From an uncultured Actinomycetota bacterium (GTDB lineage Bacteria; Actinomycetota; Actinomycetes; JAHEKZ01): DNA of 64,000 nt. The stretch covers positions 224,001-288,000 of the forward strand of contig CAWHIJ010000003.1 in the NCBI GenBank assembly GCA_963829525.1, given 5' to 3'. Below, in pieces: positions 28,100-37,911 of the stretch. A program made the position numbers and the translations under genes. Position 1 is the stretch's first letter. Each line of letters starts with the position of its first letter. The notes beneath the pieces were generated by a model. The model searched no databases and had not been told where the DNA came from. It worked only from the letters and a program-made list of their open reading frames with translations.

Positions 28100-30100
28100 A
28101 TGACGTCCACCCGTCGTCGTCCGGCGCAGGGCGTCTGGCGATGGTTCGGCATGCTGCTCGCCGCCTCCGTAGCGGCAGTCTTGCTGACCCCTGGAAGTGG
28201 CGCGTCGGCCTCTCCTCCGGCCACGCAGTTACAACTGACCTCGCTGTCCCCCATCTCGGCGCAACCTGGAACCACGCTGCGTGCCAAGGGCACGTTTGTC
28301 TCGAATCGAAACCTCGACGACGTGGTGGTCCGCCTGGAGGTCGGCACCACGGCATTCGTCTCACGCAGCGCCATCACCGAGGCAGCAGCGGACCCGCCCC
28401 TCACGACGCCGATCAGCGGTGCTGAGGACGACCTACAGAAGGTGCGACGCGACGATTTGGAGTCATTCTCGATCGCCGTACCGGCCGACGACCTCCCCTT
28501 CTACAGCTCCGGGGTCTTTCCGCTCCGCATTGTCGCCGTAGACGGCAGAACAGGACTGGAGCTCTCTGCGACGTCGACGTTCCTGCCTTGGGCACCGGAC
28601 GGTGTGGGTGTCTCACCGAGCCGACTGCTGATGTTCTGGCCGCTTGTCGGGATACCCGCTCGAGACTCCACGGGTGAGATCGTCAACGACTCGGTTGGAT
28701 CGATGGTCGCTCCAAACGGACGCCTCTCGACCTTGGTACGTTCGGGCGAAAACGCCCCGGCAACCTGGGTTGTCGACCCGGCACTGCTCGATGACGCCGC
28801 TGCCCTCAACCAGCCTGGCGCCGATCAATGGTTGTCCGCGTTCACCTCGGCCGCGTCGACGCGGGACGTTGTTGCACTCCCGTACGGCGACCCAGATGTG
28901 GCCACAGTCGCCACGGCAGGACGCCCAGGATTTCTCCGGCGGGGCCAGTTCAAAGGCGCCCGCGTCTATGAACGACTAACCGGTGCCACCGCCCGCTCGG
29001 ATCTGTCGTGGCCAGCCGACGGGGCTGGTGATGAGCAGGTCATCGCGACCTCCGGGCGCGCTGGCGACTCCCTCGTGCTGCTCGCCGAGGAGAACGCCCC
29101 GCTGGTCAGTCCGCTCCTCTACACACCTTCGGGGCGAATCGCTTGGGAGAACCCGCAGGTGGACGTCCTTCTCGCTGACGCGCCGGCAAGCGCATTGGTC
29201 GCCAGCCCCGCCGATTCCGTCACCGACGTACTTCTCGCTCGCCAGCGCTTCCTCGCCGAAACCCTTCTGCATGCTCTTGAGCTGCCGTCAGAACCTCGCC
29301 TACTCGTCATCGCCCCGCCCCGCCGGTGGGATCCGTCCGAGCAGTGGGCCGATGAACTGGTCACTGCCATCAGGCGAGCGCCGTGGCTCAACCCGGTCTC
29401 ACTGGACGAGGCGGTTAAGCCCAGTGCCCCCACCGTCTCGCGGGTCGCGCCGTCCATACCGCTGGCTTCGACTGAGCGTCAGCTGCCAGCCACAATGGTG
29501 CTGGCCGCTGACCGTGCGCTCACCGAGAACCGCCGGCTGAGCGCGATCCTCACCAGGCCGGGACAGCTGTCGAAACCGATCGAGAACTCGCTGTTCACAT
29601 CTGTGAGTACCGCATGGCGCGCGGACCCGCTGGCTGCCGTGGCATCACAAGGGGCAACCCTCGATCGCCTCTCGTCTCTGCGAGGGAGAGTGCGCATCGT
29701 CTCTCAGGGTGGAACGCTCGGCGACGACAGCGGCTCCTTCCCGGTCACGCTTCGCAACCAGCTCGACCAGGCAGTGGTCGTCCGGCTCGGAGTCACGTCA
29801 ACAGACCCGCTTCGGCTCCGCGTCGAGGGGCCCGACGAGCGCTTCAAGATCGCACCAGGCCGCTCGGTCAGCGCCGAGGTTGCGCTCGACGCTGCGACGA
29901 GCGGCCGACTCTCCTTCGACGCGCAGCTCCTGACACCCAAGGGTGTCGCCTACGACGACCCAGTGGCTGTGACGGTAGATGTCAGGGGATTTGGGCAGAT
30001 CACCTTCGTGGTGTTCGGGGCTGCGGTAGCCCTCCTCATGATGGCGGCCGGTATTCGGATCTTCCGACGTGTTCGAACGGCACGACGGGTCAGCACATGA
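28100..30100 (+). CDS. DUF6049 family secreted/membrane protein (Rv3909-like)
   Basis: Signal peptide, TWVVDPALL, ALPYGDPD, APPRRW, C-terminal TM; conserved position before murJ. Confidence 0.82.
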   Translation: MTSTRRRPAQGVWRWFGMLLAASVAAVLLTPGSGASASPPATQLQLTSLSPISAQPGTTLRAKGTFVSNRNLDDVVVRLEVGTTAFVSRSAITEAAADPPLTTPISGAEDDLQKVRRDDLESFSIAVPADDLPFYSSGVFPLRIVAVDGRTGLELSATSTFLPWAPDGVGVSPSRLLMFWPLVGIPARDSTGEIVNDSVGSMVAPNGRLSTLVRSGENAPATWVVDPALLDDAAALNQPGADQWLSAFTSAASTRDVVALPYGDPDVATVATAGRPGFLRRGQFKGARVYERLTGATARSDLSWPADGAGDEQVIATSGRAGDSLVLLAEENAPLVSPLLYTPSGRIAWENPQVDVLLADAPASALVASPADSVTDVLLARQRFLAETLLHALELPSEPRLLVIAPPRRWDPSEQWADELVTAIRRAPWLNPVSLDEAVKPSAPTVSRVAPSIPLASTERQLPATMVLAADRALTENRRLSAILTRPGQLSKPIENSLFTSVSTAWRADPLAAVASQGATLDRLSSLRGRVRIVSQGGTLGDDSGSFPVTLRNQLDQAVVVRLGVTSTDPLRLRVEGPDERFKIAPGRSVSAEVALDAATSGRLSFDAQLLTPKGVAYDDPVAVTVDVRGFGQITFVVFGAAVALLMMAAGIRIFRRVRTARRVST

Positions 30101-31722
30101 CAAACGTGCCGTCGGACAACCGTTCAGCGCTGCGTTCCAGCTCGGTGATGGCCGTAGGCACCATGACTTCACGCGTCACTGGTGTGCTCAAGAACAGCGC
30201 GCTCCTCGCCGCAGTGGGAGGGGGCATCTTCGCCGACACCTACTCAGTCGCGAACACTCTCCCGACCATTGTCTACTTCCTTCTCGTTGGTGGGGCCATC
30301 AACGCTGTCTTCATCCCTCAGCTCGTTCGTCACATGGCGGCAGACAATGACGACGGTCTGGCGTACGCCCAACGCCTGTTCAGCGCCGTCGTCCTCGCCC
30401 TAGCCCTGATCACGGTGACTGCGATCATCGCAGCACCGTGGCTGGTGCAGCTCTACTCGACCGACTGGAGCCGAAACGACCTCGAGGTTTCCACGGCATT
30501 CGCCCGGCTGCTGATGCCACAGATCTTCTTCTACGGGGTCTTTGCCCTCGTCACGCAGATCCTCAACACCCGGGGTCGATTTGGACCACCGATGTTCGCA
30601 CCGGTCCTCAACAACATCGTCATCATCGCCAGTGCTCTGGCCTTCCTGGCAGTGGCCGGAACGGGCTCGACCACAGAGACTGTGACAAGCGGCGAGATCC
30701 TGCTTCTCGGCCTCGGTACCACCCTCGGCGCGGCCTTGCAGGTCATGGTTCTCTGGCCGTGGTTACGCCGATGCAGCGTTCGCCTTCGGCTACGTACAGA
30801 CCTACGAGGCCAGGGGCTGGGGGCTGCGTGGGCGCTGGCTCGTTGGGCAATCCTGCTTGTACTCGTCAACCAGATCGGCACTCTGGTCATCATCCGGCTG
30901 GCAACAGGGATCAACGTCACGTCCGACAGTGATGCCGGTATCACCGTTTACCAGATGGCGTTCGCCATATTCATGATGCCGCAGTCAGTGATCACCGTGT
31001 CCTTGGTGACTGCGGTGTTACCGCAGCTGGCTCACGAGGCGGCGTCTGGGCACCTCGACATCTTGCGTGAGCGCATCGGCTGGACGCTACGCACCTCGGG
31101 GGCCTTGATCGTTCCTGCCTCCGTCGCCTTCCTCGTCCTTGGCATTCCGATCTCTGTGCTGCTCTTCCGCTATGGCTCGATGGACCTCGAGTCGGCGCGC
31201 CTCCTGGGTCTGACCCTGAGCGCCTTTGCGATCGGACTTCCCGCTTTCAGCGCCTACTTCATCCTGATGCGGGCGTTCTACGCTCTCGAGGACACCCGAA
31301 CACCGACCTTCAACGCAATGGTGCTGAACGGAGCCAACGTCATCCTCGCCGTGGCCGCGGTCGAGTGGGTACCAGCCGACTTGGCGATACCCGCCCTGGG
31401 ACTTGCGTACTCCGCGTCCTACTGGATCGGACTCGTCTCGTTGGCTCGACAGCTTCGCAGTCGTCTCGGGCGTCTGGATGGTTACGTGGTGGTGCGCACC
31501 TATGTGCGCGTCACCTTGGCCGCCATCATTGCTGCTGTCGGCATGGGGTTCGGCGCCTTGGTGGCTGGGGCAGCCGTTGGGCGGGCCACCGACCTCACCA
31601 GCAGCTTGGTGATCGTCGCCGCAAGCCTGACACTGGGAGCCGCCGGCTACCTGCTAGGGGTCAGGGTCTTTCGGATCACAGAGGTCAGCGAAGTCCTGCG
31701 CTTGGTTTCCAGCCGCCGCTGA
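30097..31722 (+). CDS. murJ: Lipid II flippase MurJ/MviN
   Basis: SSVMAVGTMTSRVTG, ANTLP, PQIFFYG, APVLNN, RAFYALEDTRTP; ATGA overlap. Confidence 0.95.
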   Translation: MTNVPSDNRSALRSSSVMAVGTMTSRVTGVLKNSALLAAVGGGIFADTYSVANTLPTIVYFLLVGGAINAVFIPQLVRHMAADNDDGLAYAQRLFSAVVLALALITVTAIIAAPWLVQLYSTDWSRNDLEVSTAFARLLMPQIFFYGVFALVTQILNTRGRFGPPMFAPVLNNIVIIASALAFLAVAGTGSTTETVTSGEILLLGLGTTLGAALQVMVLWPWLRRCSVRLRLRTDLRGQGLGAAWALARWAILLVLVNQIGTLVIIRLATGINVTSDSDAGITVYQMAFAIFMMPQSVITVSLVTAVLPQLAHEAASGHLDILRERIGWTLRTSGALIVPASVAFLVLGIPISVLLFRYGSMDLESARLLGLTLSAFAIGLPAFSAYFILMRAFYALEDTRTPTFNAMVLNGANVILAVAAVEWVPADLAIPALGLAYSASYWIGLVSLARQLRSRLGRLDGYVVVRTYVRVTLAAIIAAVGMGFGALVAGAAVGRATDLTSSLVIVAASLTLGAAGYLLGVRVFRITEVSEVLRLVSSRR

Positions 31723-31745
31723 GCCCAAACCCCCCGATCGGACTG

Positions 31746-31772
31746 CTCAAGACGGGCTAGTCAGGTGTCGAC
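31746..31772 (+). promoter_or_regulatory. Possible FliA/WhiG-family promoter
   Basis: CTCA-N17-GTCGAC resembles the Actinoplanes CTCA-N15-17-GCCGAA consensus, with two mismatches in the -10. Confidence 0.3.
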
Positions 31773-31781
31773 ACTTCTGCA

Positions 31782-32204
31782 ATGAGGACTGCCTGCTCTC
31801 GCCTTCGTACCGATGACTCAGGCAGCATCGTCTTCGGCTGGCTCGGCCGGCTCACCCTCACGCTGACCTTGCTCGGAGTGATCTGCTTTGAGGTTCTGTC
31901 GATCGTCGTGACTCGGGTGGGTCTCGACGACGTCGGACAGACAGCCGGCGATCGTGCGCTGACCGTCTACGCCGAGACGAGGAACCCGACGAGCGCCTAC
32001 CTGGCCGCCGATCAGTACGCCGCAAGCGAAGGTGCGACGCTCGTGAAGAAGTCCTTCACTGTCTCCGACGAGGCCACTTCCTTCAAGCTCAAGAGGACTG
32101 CTCCGACACTCCTGCTCTTCCGCCTCGACGCGACGGCGCATTGGGCCGAGGTCACCACCACCATCTACGCCGAACCGTTCGTCCAAAGCGGCTCAACACC
32201 GTGA
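31782..32204 (+). CDS. Hypothetical protein with a Tad/pseudopilin-like N-terminus
   Basis: RLRTDDSG/SIVFGWLGRLTLTLTLLGVICF: short charged leader ending in Gly, then a hydrophobic helix. Confidence 0.65.
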   Translation: MRTACSRLRTDDSGSIVFGWLGRLTLTLTLLGVICFEVLSIVVTRVGLDDVGQTAGDRALTVYAETRNPTSAYLAADQYAASEGATLVKKSFTVSDEATSFKLKRTAPTLLLFRLDATAHWAEVTTTIYAEPFVQSGSTP

Positions 32205-33286
32205 GGCTGCGCACCGGCGCCACAGTCGGCGCGGCCCTCGCTCTCAGCCTCCTGTTTCCAGTTGGTCACGTTCAGGCAGCACCCGGCCCGGCGCACATCG
32301 TCGACGTTCGCACCGCACCCGACGTCGACTCATTACGAGCACGGGCCGAGGCGCTGCGTGTGCAACTGACCGACCTACGCGATCGAGCGGACTGGACCGA
32401 GGAGCGACTCGCCTACGCCCGTGACCAGCTAGCCGCCGCGACATCAACCGCAGTCACCGCAGACCAACAGCTCGCGACCCTCCAAGGAGCCAACAGCGCT
32501 GCCCAGATCGACATCGCCCACCGAGTGCGAGCGATCGAGCAGTCCGGAGGGGCGGCCGCACTCTTCAGCCAGGCCCTCAACGCGGACGCCCTCACCGACG
32601 TCGCAAGCAATGTTGCCGCTCTCGACGGCGTTCTCACCACCGACCTAGTTCGGGCAGACGACGCAGAGTCGGCCAGCTCCCAAATGGCGAACGTGCACGC
32701 CAGGCTCGACGAGATCTCCGACGAACGCGCCCTGCTCGCTCAGCGAGCACGCGTACTGGCCGAGCAGGCCCGACGACTGGTCACCCAACAGCGAGCTCTC
32801 GTCGATGCCGCGGACTCGCGGGTGGCCCATCTCGCAGCAGTGATGGAGCGGCGCGCCGAACGGAGCCTGCAAGCAGCCGTCGTCCCATGGAGCGGCGAGG
32901 TCCCCGCGGGGCCAACCTCATACGCGGGTCCAGCCATCGCTGCTGCGCTCAGCAAACTCGGCTCCCCTTATGTCTGGGGAGACGAGGGCCCGTCTACGTT
33001 CGACTGCAGCGGGTTGATGCAGTGGTCCTATCTTCAGGCGGGCCTGGTCCTGCCGCGGGTTTCCAGCGATCAGTACTTCGCCGGCACCCCCGTCCCGACC
33101 GACCAGATGCAACCGGGCGACCTGATTGTCTACGCCTACGACACCTCTGACCCGGCGACGATTCATCACATCACGATGTACATCGGCAACGGTCAGATGG
33201 TGCATGCGCCCCGCACCGGCGAAGTCGTGCAGGTTGTCCCCGTGTACTACGAAGGTCTGTACGGCGTCGCACGTCCTGGCCTCTGA
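32201..33286 (+). CDS. Secreted NlpC/P60 (C40) peptidoglycan endopeptidase with coiled-coil N-domain
   Basis: PYVWGDEGPSTFDCSGL, HHITMYIGNGQMVHAP; GTGA overlap with the upstream gene. Confidence 0.92.
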   Translation: MRLRTGATVGAALALSLLFPVGHVQAAPGPAHIVDVRTAPDVDSLRARAEALRVQLTDLRDRADWTEERLAYARDQLAAATSTAVTADQQLATLQGANSAAQIDIAHRVRAIEQSGGAAALFSQALNADALTDVASNVAALDGVLTTDLVRADDAESASSQMANVHARLDEISDERALLAQRARVLAEQARRLVTQQRALVDAADSRVAHLAAVMERRAERSLQAAVVPWSGEVPAGPTSYAGPAIAAALSKLGSPYVWGDEGPSTFDCSGLMQWSYLQAGLVLPRVSSDQYFAGTPVPTDQMQPGDLIVYAYDTSDPATIHHITMYIGNGQMVHAPRTGEVVQVVPVYYEGLYGVARPGL

Positions 33287-33317
33287 GACGCCGCGGCCAG
33301 GCAGTAGTTTCATCGAG

Positions 33318-34736
33318 ATGGAACGTCTCTCCGGCCGTTACGACCTCGACTCCGAGGTGGCTCGAGGGCGTGGGCGCACTCTCTGGCAAGGGCGCGACAT
33401 CGTCTTGGACCGTCAGGTCGGTGTTCTCCTGCTCGACGCGGGGCATCCACACGGCGAGGCGGTGCGCCGCGCCGCACAGCTGGCCTCCTCCGTCGAACAC
33501 CCCGGGCTGCTGCGTGTCATCGATACCGCTGAGGACAACGGACGCGTCTTCGTGGTGACCCGATGGCTCGCCGGTTCACCGCTCAGCGAGCAGTTGGCCA
33601 TCGCGCCATTGGGCGCCGAAGAGGCTCGAGCCGTGGTCGCCTCCGTCGCCGAGGCTCTCGCCGCAGCAGCCGAAGAGAACGTCCACCACCTGGTCCTCGA
33701 CCCGCGAGACGTTCTCCTGACCGACCACGGGGTCGTCGTCGTCGGAATCGGTGTTCGCGCTGCGCTCGAGGGCGTCGCCGCCGACGACGATGCCGAGCAG
33801 GTCGACGCCTGGCGCATCGGCGCGCTGCTGTATGCAGCGCTCACGGCCAGGTGGCCGGGGTACTCGTGCGCCGGCCTACCGGGTGCTCCCGTCGTCGGCG
33901 GTCGGGTCGCCCGTCCTCGCCAAGTTCGGGCGGGGGTGCCCAGCGACCTCGACGACGTGGCGTGGCGATCGCTGCATCTGGACGTCTCCGAGCCTCTCGA
34001 CTCGCCGGCATCCATCGCCGCTGCGCTGCACGAGGTGGCCCAACCGGAGTCAACTGTGCCCGACCCCGAACGGATGTCGTCAGCGGTGTGGCGCTGGCTT
34101 GGTCTGCTTCTGGTCCTCGCCCTCTTCTCCGTTGGGGCCGTTCTCGTCGCCTGGCAGTTCTGGCAGAGCGCCGGTCGAACTGAGGAGCCGGCGGGATCGA
34201 CCGACGTCTCGCCGCGTCCGGTGTCGCCGACCACGACCGCACCTTCTGATGGCGAGAGCGGGCCCCTACCCATTCGCCGTGCCTCAGCCTTCGACCCGGC
34301 TGGAGACGACAGCGAGAACGACGCTGACACCTCACTGGCTATCGACGGTGATCTGGCGACCGAGTGGACGACGGTCAGCTACGCCAGTCGAAACCTTGGC
34401 GGCCTCAAGCCAGGAGTGGGTCTTGAGCTCTCGCTCGGGAAGGAGCAGCCGGTCATCGGGGTCGAGCTCCGGCTCGTCGGGCGAGGGAGTGACCTTCAGG
34501 TGTGGGTTGCGCGCCCCACCACCGACCCGAAGGGCGCACCTCCCGCAGTTCCCGACCCGGCCGATCCCCTCGCCGGATACCGCAAGCTGGCAAGCGTGCG
34601 CGGAGCCAGCGACCTGGTCAGCCTCCGCTTCGCCCCCCCGGTCGACACTGACCGGGTACTCATCTGGTTCACCGCCCTCCCTGCTGCAGAGGACGGATAT
34701 CGGGGCGGTGTCGTCGAGGCGTCGGTCCTGTCCTGA
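33318..34736 (+). CDS. Membrane pseudokinase with extracellular discoidin-like domain (homolog of the mycobacterial MviN accessory domains)
   Basis: Kinase fold lacking the VAVK Lys, HRD and DFG (reads RQVGVL, HHLVLDP, GIG); LYAALTARWP; PRQVRAGVP; TM; AIDGDLATEWTT...GGLKPGVGL. Confidence 0.85.
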   Translation: MERLSGRYDLDSEVARGRGRTLWQGRDIVLDRQVGVLLLDAGHPHGEAVRRAAQLASSVEHPGLLRVIDTAEDNGRVFVVTRWLAGSPLSEQLAIAPLGAEEARAVVASVAEALAAAAEENVHHLVLDPRDVLLTDHGVVVVGIGVRAALEGVAADDDAEQVDAWRIGALLYAALTARWPGYSCAGLPGAPVVGGRVARPRQVRAGVPSDLDDVAWRSLHLDVSEPLDSPASIAAALHEVAQPESTVPDPERMSSAVWRWLGLLLVLALFSVGAVLVAWQFWQSAGRTEEPAGSTDVSPRPVSPTTTAPSDGESGPLPIRRASAFDPAGDDSENDADTSLAIDGDLATEWTTVSYASRNLGGLKPGVGLELSLGKEQPVIGVELRLVGRGSDLQVWVARPTTDPKGAPPAVPDPADPLAGYRKLASVRGASDLVSLRFAPPVDTDRVLIWFTALPAAEDGYRGGVVEASVLS

Positions 34737-34800
34737 CTCCAGGCCATCCCCTTCGGCACGGCAGTTACGCGTCACGGGCGTGGATCAATACGCTTCCCCC

Positions 34801-35454
34801 GTGACTGTGGAAGACCTGCGACCGGACGCCGAGCTGCTGTCGGCGCACGTCGCCGGCGACCCATCGGCGTTCGCGACCCTGGTCCACCGCCACCGTGACC
34901 GGCTCTGGGCGGTCGCCATCCGCACCACTGGCGACCCCGAGGAGGCCGCTGACGCACTCCAGGACGCACTCCTGAAGGCGCACCGCTCCGCTGCCACGTT
35001 CCGTGGCGACGCGCAGGTCACCACCTGGCTGCACCGGATCGTGGTCAACGCGTCCCTCGACCGTCTGCGGCGGGCCAAGGCCCGGCCAACAGTGCCGCTC
35101 CCAGAACACGACAGCGCCCACCCGATCGAGCCAAGCGACCCCCTTCGGCGACGCGAGCTGGCCTGGGAGATCGACCGTGCCCTTCGCACGCTCCCAGACG
35201 ACCAGCGGGCGGCACTGGTTCTCGTCGACGTCGAGGGCTACTCGGTCGAGGAGACCGCCGAGCTGCTGGGCATCCCCGCAGGCACGGTGAAGAGCAGGTG
35301 CTCACGCGGGAGGGCCAAGCTGGTCCCCCTGCTCACGCATCTGCGGAACCGACCGGAGGCGGACGGCGTCCCACTGTCAGATGATCGCAGCACGCACCCT
35401 GATGACCACCCCGGACAACAGACCGACCCCCGTCCAAACGGAGACCAGCCATGA
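34801..35454 (+). CDS. sigM: ECF sigma factor SigM/SigT
   Basis: LLSAHVAGD, HRDRLWAVA, TWLHRIVVNA, GTVKSRCSRGRAKL; synteny before trxB. Confidence 0.93.
   Translation: MTVEDLRPDAELLSAHVAGDPSAFATLVHRHRDRLWAVAIRTTGDPEEAADALQDALLKAHRSAATFRGDAQVTTWLHRIVVNASLDRLRRAKARPTVPLPEHDSAHPIEPSDPLRRRELAWEIDRALRTLPDDQRAALVLVDVEGYSVEETAELLGIPAGTVKSRCSRGRAKLVPLLTHLRNRPEADGVPLSDDRSTHPDDHPGQQTDPRPNGDQP
35345..35370 (+). promoter_or_regulatory. SigM-type promoter inside the sigM 3' end
   Basis: GGAAC-N17-CGTC about 80 nt upstream of the anti-sigma gene. Confidence 0.5.
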
Positions 35455-36356
35455 GTCAGCACCACGACCCGGTGCACCCGGACTCCGATCACCTGACCGC
35501 CGAGGTCTTGGCCGATCTTGAGCTCGGGCTCCTCGACGACGAGTCTCGCGCGCATGCCGAGCTTCACCTGGCCCACTGTGCCAACTGCACCGCGCTTGGC
35601 CACGACCTCGCTGCTCTGACCGAGGCAATGGCCGACCTTCCCGTCGAACCGATGCCCGATGCCGTCTGGGATGAGCTGGCCGCAGTCCTTGCTGCCGAGC
35701 CGGTGGTCACCCCAGCCGGTGCCGCCACCGTTGTCTCGCTCGAGGCTGGCAGGAAGGGGCGGTGGAGCCGGCCCGGAATCGGCGTGGTCGCCGGCGCTGC
35801 CGGCGTTGCACTCGCCGGCGCCATCATCGTCCCCTGGGTGCTGGGCAGCGGCAGCGACTCAGCTGACTCGGGCGGGCCAGTTGCAGCAGAGGACAGCGTC
35901 ACCGACGTGTCGATGGCGGCGTACGCTGCCACCCGGTCCGGCACCAAGTACGAGGCCGAAGCCCTCGACTCCCAGGTCACCTCGCTCGTGGCCGCTCGCG
36001 CAACCTTCTCCCCGACAGCAGCTGCCACCGAGTCTGTCCAATCGACGTCACCAAGCCCTTCGGCCAGCGGCGAGCTCCCCAGCGGCGACCCAACCGACGG
36101 TCTGACAAGGGACGGCGACAGCGCAGTTGCACCGATGGCCACCGATCCCGCCGCGGCCCAAGCCTGCCTCGAGGGCTACCTCGACCTGGGCGGAGTCGAG
36201 CCACTGGCGATCGACATCGGCAGGTGGCAGGGCGAACCGGCCGCGATCATCGTCCTTCCCGGTCCGGAGCCGACCCTGGCCGACGTCTGGGTCATCGATC
36301 CCGACTGTTCGGGCCCGGGGGACCCGCTTTTGTACTTCGCCACCGTTGCTCGCTGA
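35451..36356 (+). CDS. Zinc-binding anti-sigma factor (RsmA/RstA-like)
   Basis: HLTAEVLADL...HLAHCANC (HxxxCxxC), one TM; ATGA-coupled to sigM. Confidence 0.87.
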   Translation: MSQHHDPVHPDSDHLTAEVLADLELGLLDDESRAHAELHLAHCANCTALGHDLAALTEAMADLPVEPMPDAVWDELAAVLAAEPVVTPAGAATVVSLEAGRKGRWSRPGIGVVAGAAGVALAGAIIVPWVLGSGSDSADSGGPVAAEDSVTDVSMAAYAATRSGTKYEAEALDSQVTSLVAARATFSPTAAATESVQSTSPSPSASGELPSGDPTDGLTRDGDSAVAPMATDPAAAQACLEGYLDLGGVEPLAIDIGRWQGEPAAIIVLPGPEPTLADVWVIDPDCSGPGDPLLYFATVAR

Positions 36357-36375
36357 GCGCCGGCCCCTCAGGGCC

Positions 36376-36403
36376 GGGAATGCGAGCGGCCCTAGACTCA
36401 GTT
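36376..36403 (+). promoter_or_regulatory. SigR/SigH-type promoter of trxBA
   Basis: GGGAAT-N19-GTT upstream of trxB. Confidence 0.65.
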
Positions 36404-36464
36404 ATGTCGATCGGGCGCGAGTCTCAAGCGCCGGCCTGAACATTGCGTCCAAGGGAGTACCACG

Positions 36465-37430
36465 GTGAGCGAGATCCGCGACGTCATCATCATCGGATCG
36501 GGCCCTGCTGGCTTCACCGCCGCGGTCTACACCGCACGCGCCAACTTGGCTCCCCTGATGTTCGAGGGTTCGGTGACCGCCGGTGGCGCACTGATGAACA
36601 CCACCGAGGTCGAGAACTACCCAGGCTTCGCTGAAGGCATCATGGGGCCGGCACTCATGGAGCAGATGCGTCAGCAGGCCATCCGCTTCGGAGCAGAGAT
36701 CGTCAGTGACGACGTCGTGTCGGTCGAACTCAGCGGTGACATCAAGCAGGTCACCGTGGGATCAGGTGCCACTCATCAGGCCAAGTCGGTCATCTTGGCA
36801 ATGGGCTCCGGTTATCGCGAGCTCGGCCTTGCGAATGAGAAGAGGTTGTCCGGTCGGGGCGTCTCCTGGTGCGCGACGTGCGACGGCTTCTTCTTCCGCG
36901 GTCAGCAGATCGCCGTCATCGGTGGCGGTGACTCCGCCATCGAGGAGGCGACCTTCCTCACCAAGTTCGCTGACTCAGTCACTGTCGTGCACCGACGCGA
37001 CGAGCTGCGGGCCAGCAAGATCATGGCCGATCGCGCATTTGCCAACGACAAGATCTCCTTCGCCTGGAACAGCGAGGTCGCCGACGTTCTCGGTGACGAC
37101 AAGGTCTCCGGAGTTCGGCTACGCGACACCAACACCGGCGATGAGCGCGACATCGACGTCACCGGCCTTTTCGTGGCCATCGGCCACGATCCGCGTAGTG
37201 AACTGGTCAAGGGCCAGGTCGACCTCGACGACGAGGGCTACGTGCTCGTCCAGGAACGCACCACATTGACCAACGTCCCAGGCGTCTTCGCTTGTGGGGA
37301 CCTCGTCGACCACACGTACCGTCAGGCGATCACCGCTGCCGGTAGCGGGTGCGCCGCCGCTCTCGACGCCGAGCGTTTCCTTGCAGCGCTCGAGGACGCC
37401 CGGCGCCCGTTGCACGCTGTCACTGCCTGA
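36465..37430 (+). CDS. trxB: Thioredoxin reductase
   Basis: [27 protein letters not shown]. Confidence 0.98.
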   Translation: MSEIRDVIIIGSGPAGFTAAVYTARANLAPLMFEGSVTAGGALMNTTEVENYPGFAEGIMGPALMEQMRQQAIRFGAEIVSDDVVSVELSGDIKQVTVGSGATHQAKSVILAMGSGYRELGLANEKRLSGRGVSWCATCDGFFFRGQQIAVIGGGDSAIEEATFLTKFADSVTVVHRRDELRASKIMADRAFANDKISFAWNSEVADVLGDDKVSGVRLRDTNTGDERDIDVTGLFVAIGHDPRSELVKGQVDLDDEGYVLVQERTTLTNVPGVFACGDLVDHTYRQAITAAGSGCAAALDAERFLAALEDARRPLHAVTA

Positions 37431-37472
37431 CCACCCGCCCCACCACCCGGTACGACCCACCGAGGAGACCCC

Positions 37473-37799
37473 ATGGCCCAGTCCACCATCATCGTCACCG
37501 ACGCCAGTTTCGACGAAGACGTCATCAAGAGCGAAAAGCCGGTACTGGTCGACTACTGGGCCGAGTGGTGTGGGCCGTGCCGCATGGTCGCGCCGATCCT
37601 CGAAGAGATCGCCACCGAGCACGCCGACAAACTGACGATCGCCAAGCTGAATGTCGACGAAAACCCCAAGGCCGCAGCAATGGCCGGTGTCACGTCGATT
37701 CCAACGCTGAACGTCTACCAGGGTGGCCAGGTGGTCAAGACCATCGTCGGGGCCAAACCCAAGCAGTCGCTGCTCTCCGATCTCGCCGACTTCCTCTGA
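37473..37799 (+). CDS. trxA: Thioredoxin
   Basis: WAEWCGPC, SIPTL. Confidence 0.98.
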   Translation: MAQSTIIVTDASFDEDVIKSEKPVLVDYWAEWCGPCRMVAPILEEIATEHADKLTIAKLNVDENPKAAAMAGVTSIPTLNVYQGGQVVKTIVGAKPKQSLLSDLADFL

Positions 37800-37911
37800 C
37801 CGACCGCGCGGCTCGCCCAGAGCCACCCCGGCGCGCTAGGGTCTGCGCTTCGCAGGGTTACCCTGAGGGGACCCAACGTCCCGCCAGGGCCCTGAGTGCG
37901 CCGGAGGTGTC

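Noticed and set aside
29614-30096. Long N-terminal extensions in the ORF track (murJ, sigM 33751, PIG-L 3399, dnaB, rpsF, xth, crgA)
   Set aside because: They overlap neighbouring genes or promoters; coupled or leaderless downstream starts fit better.
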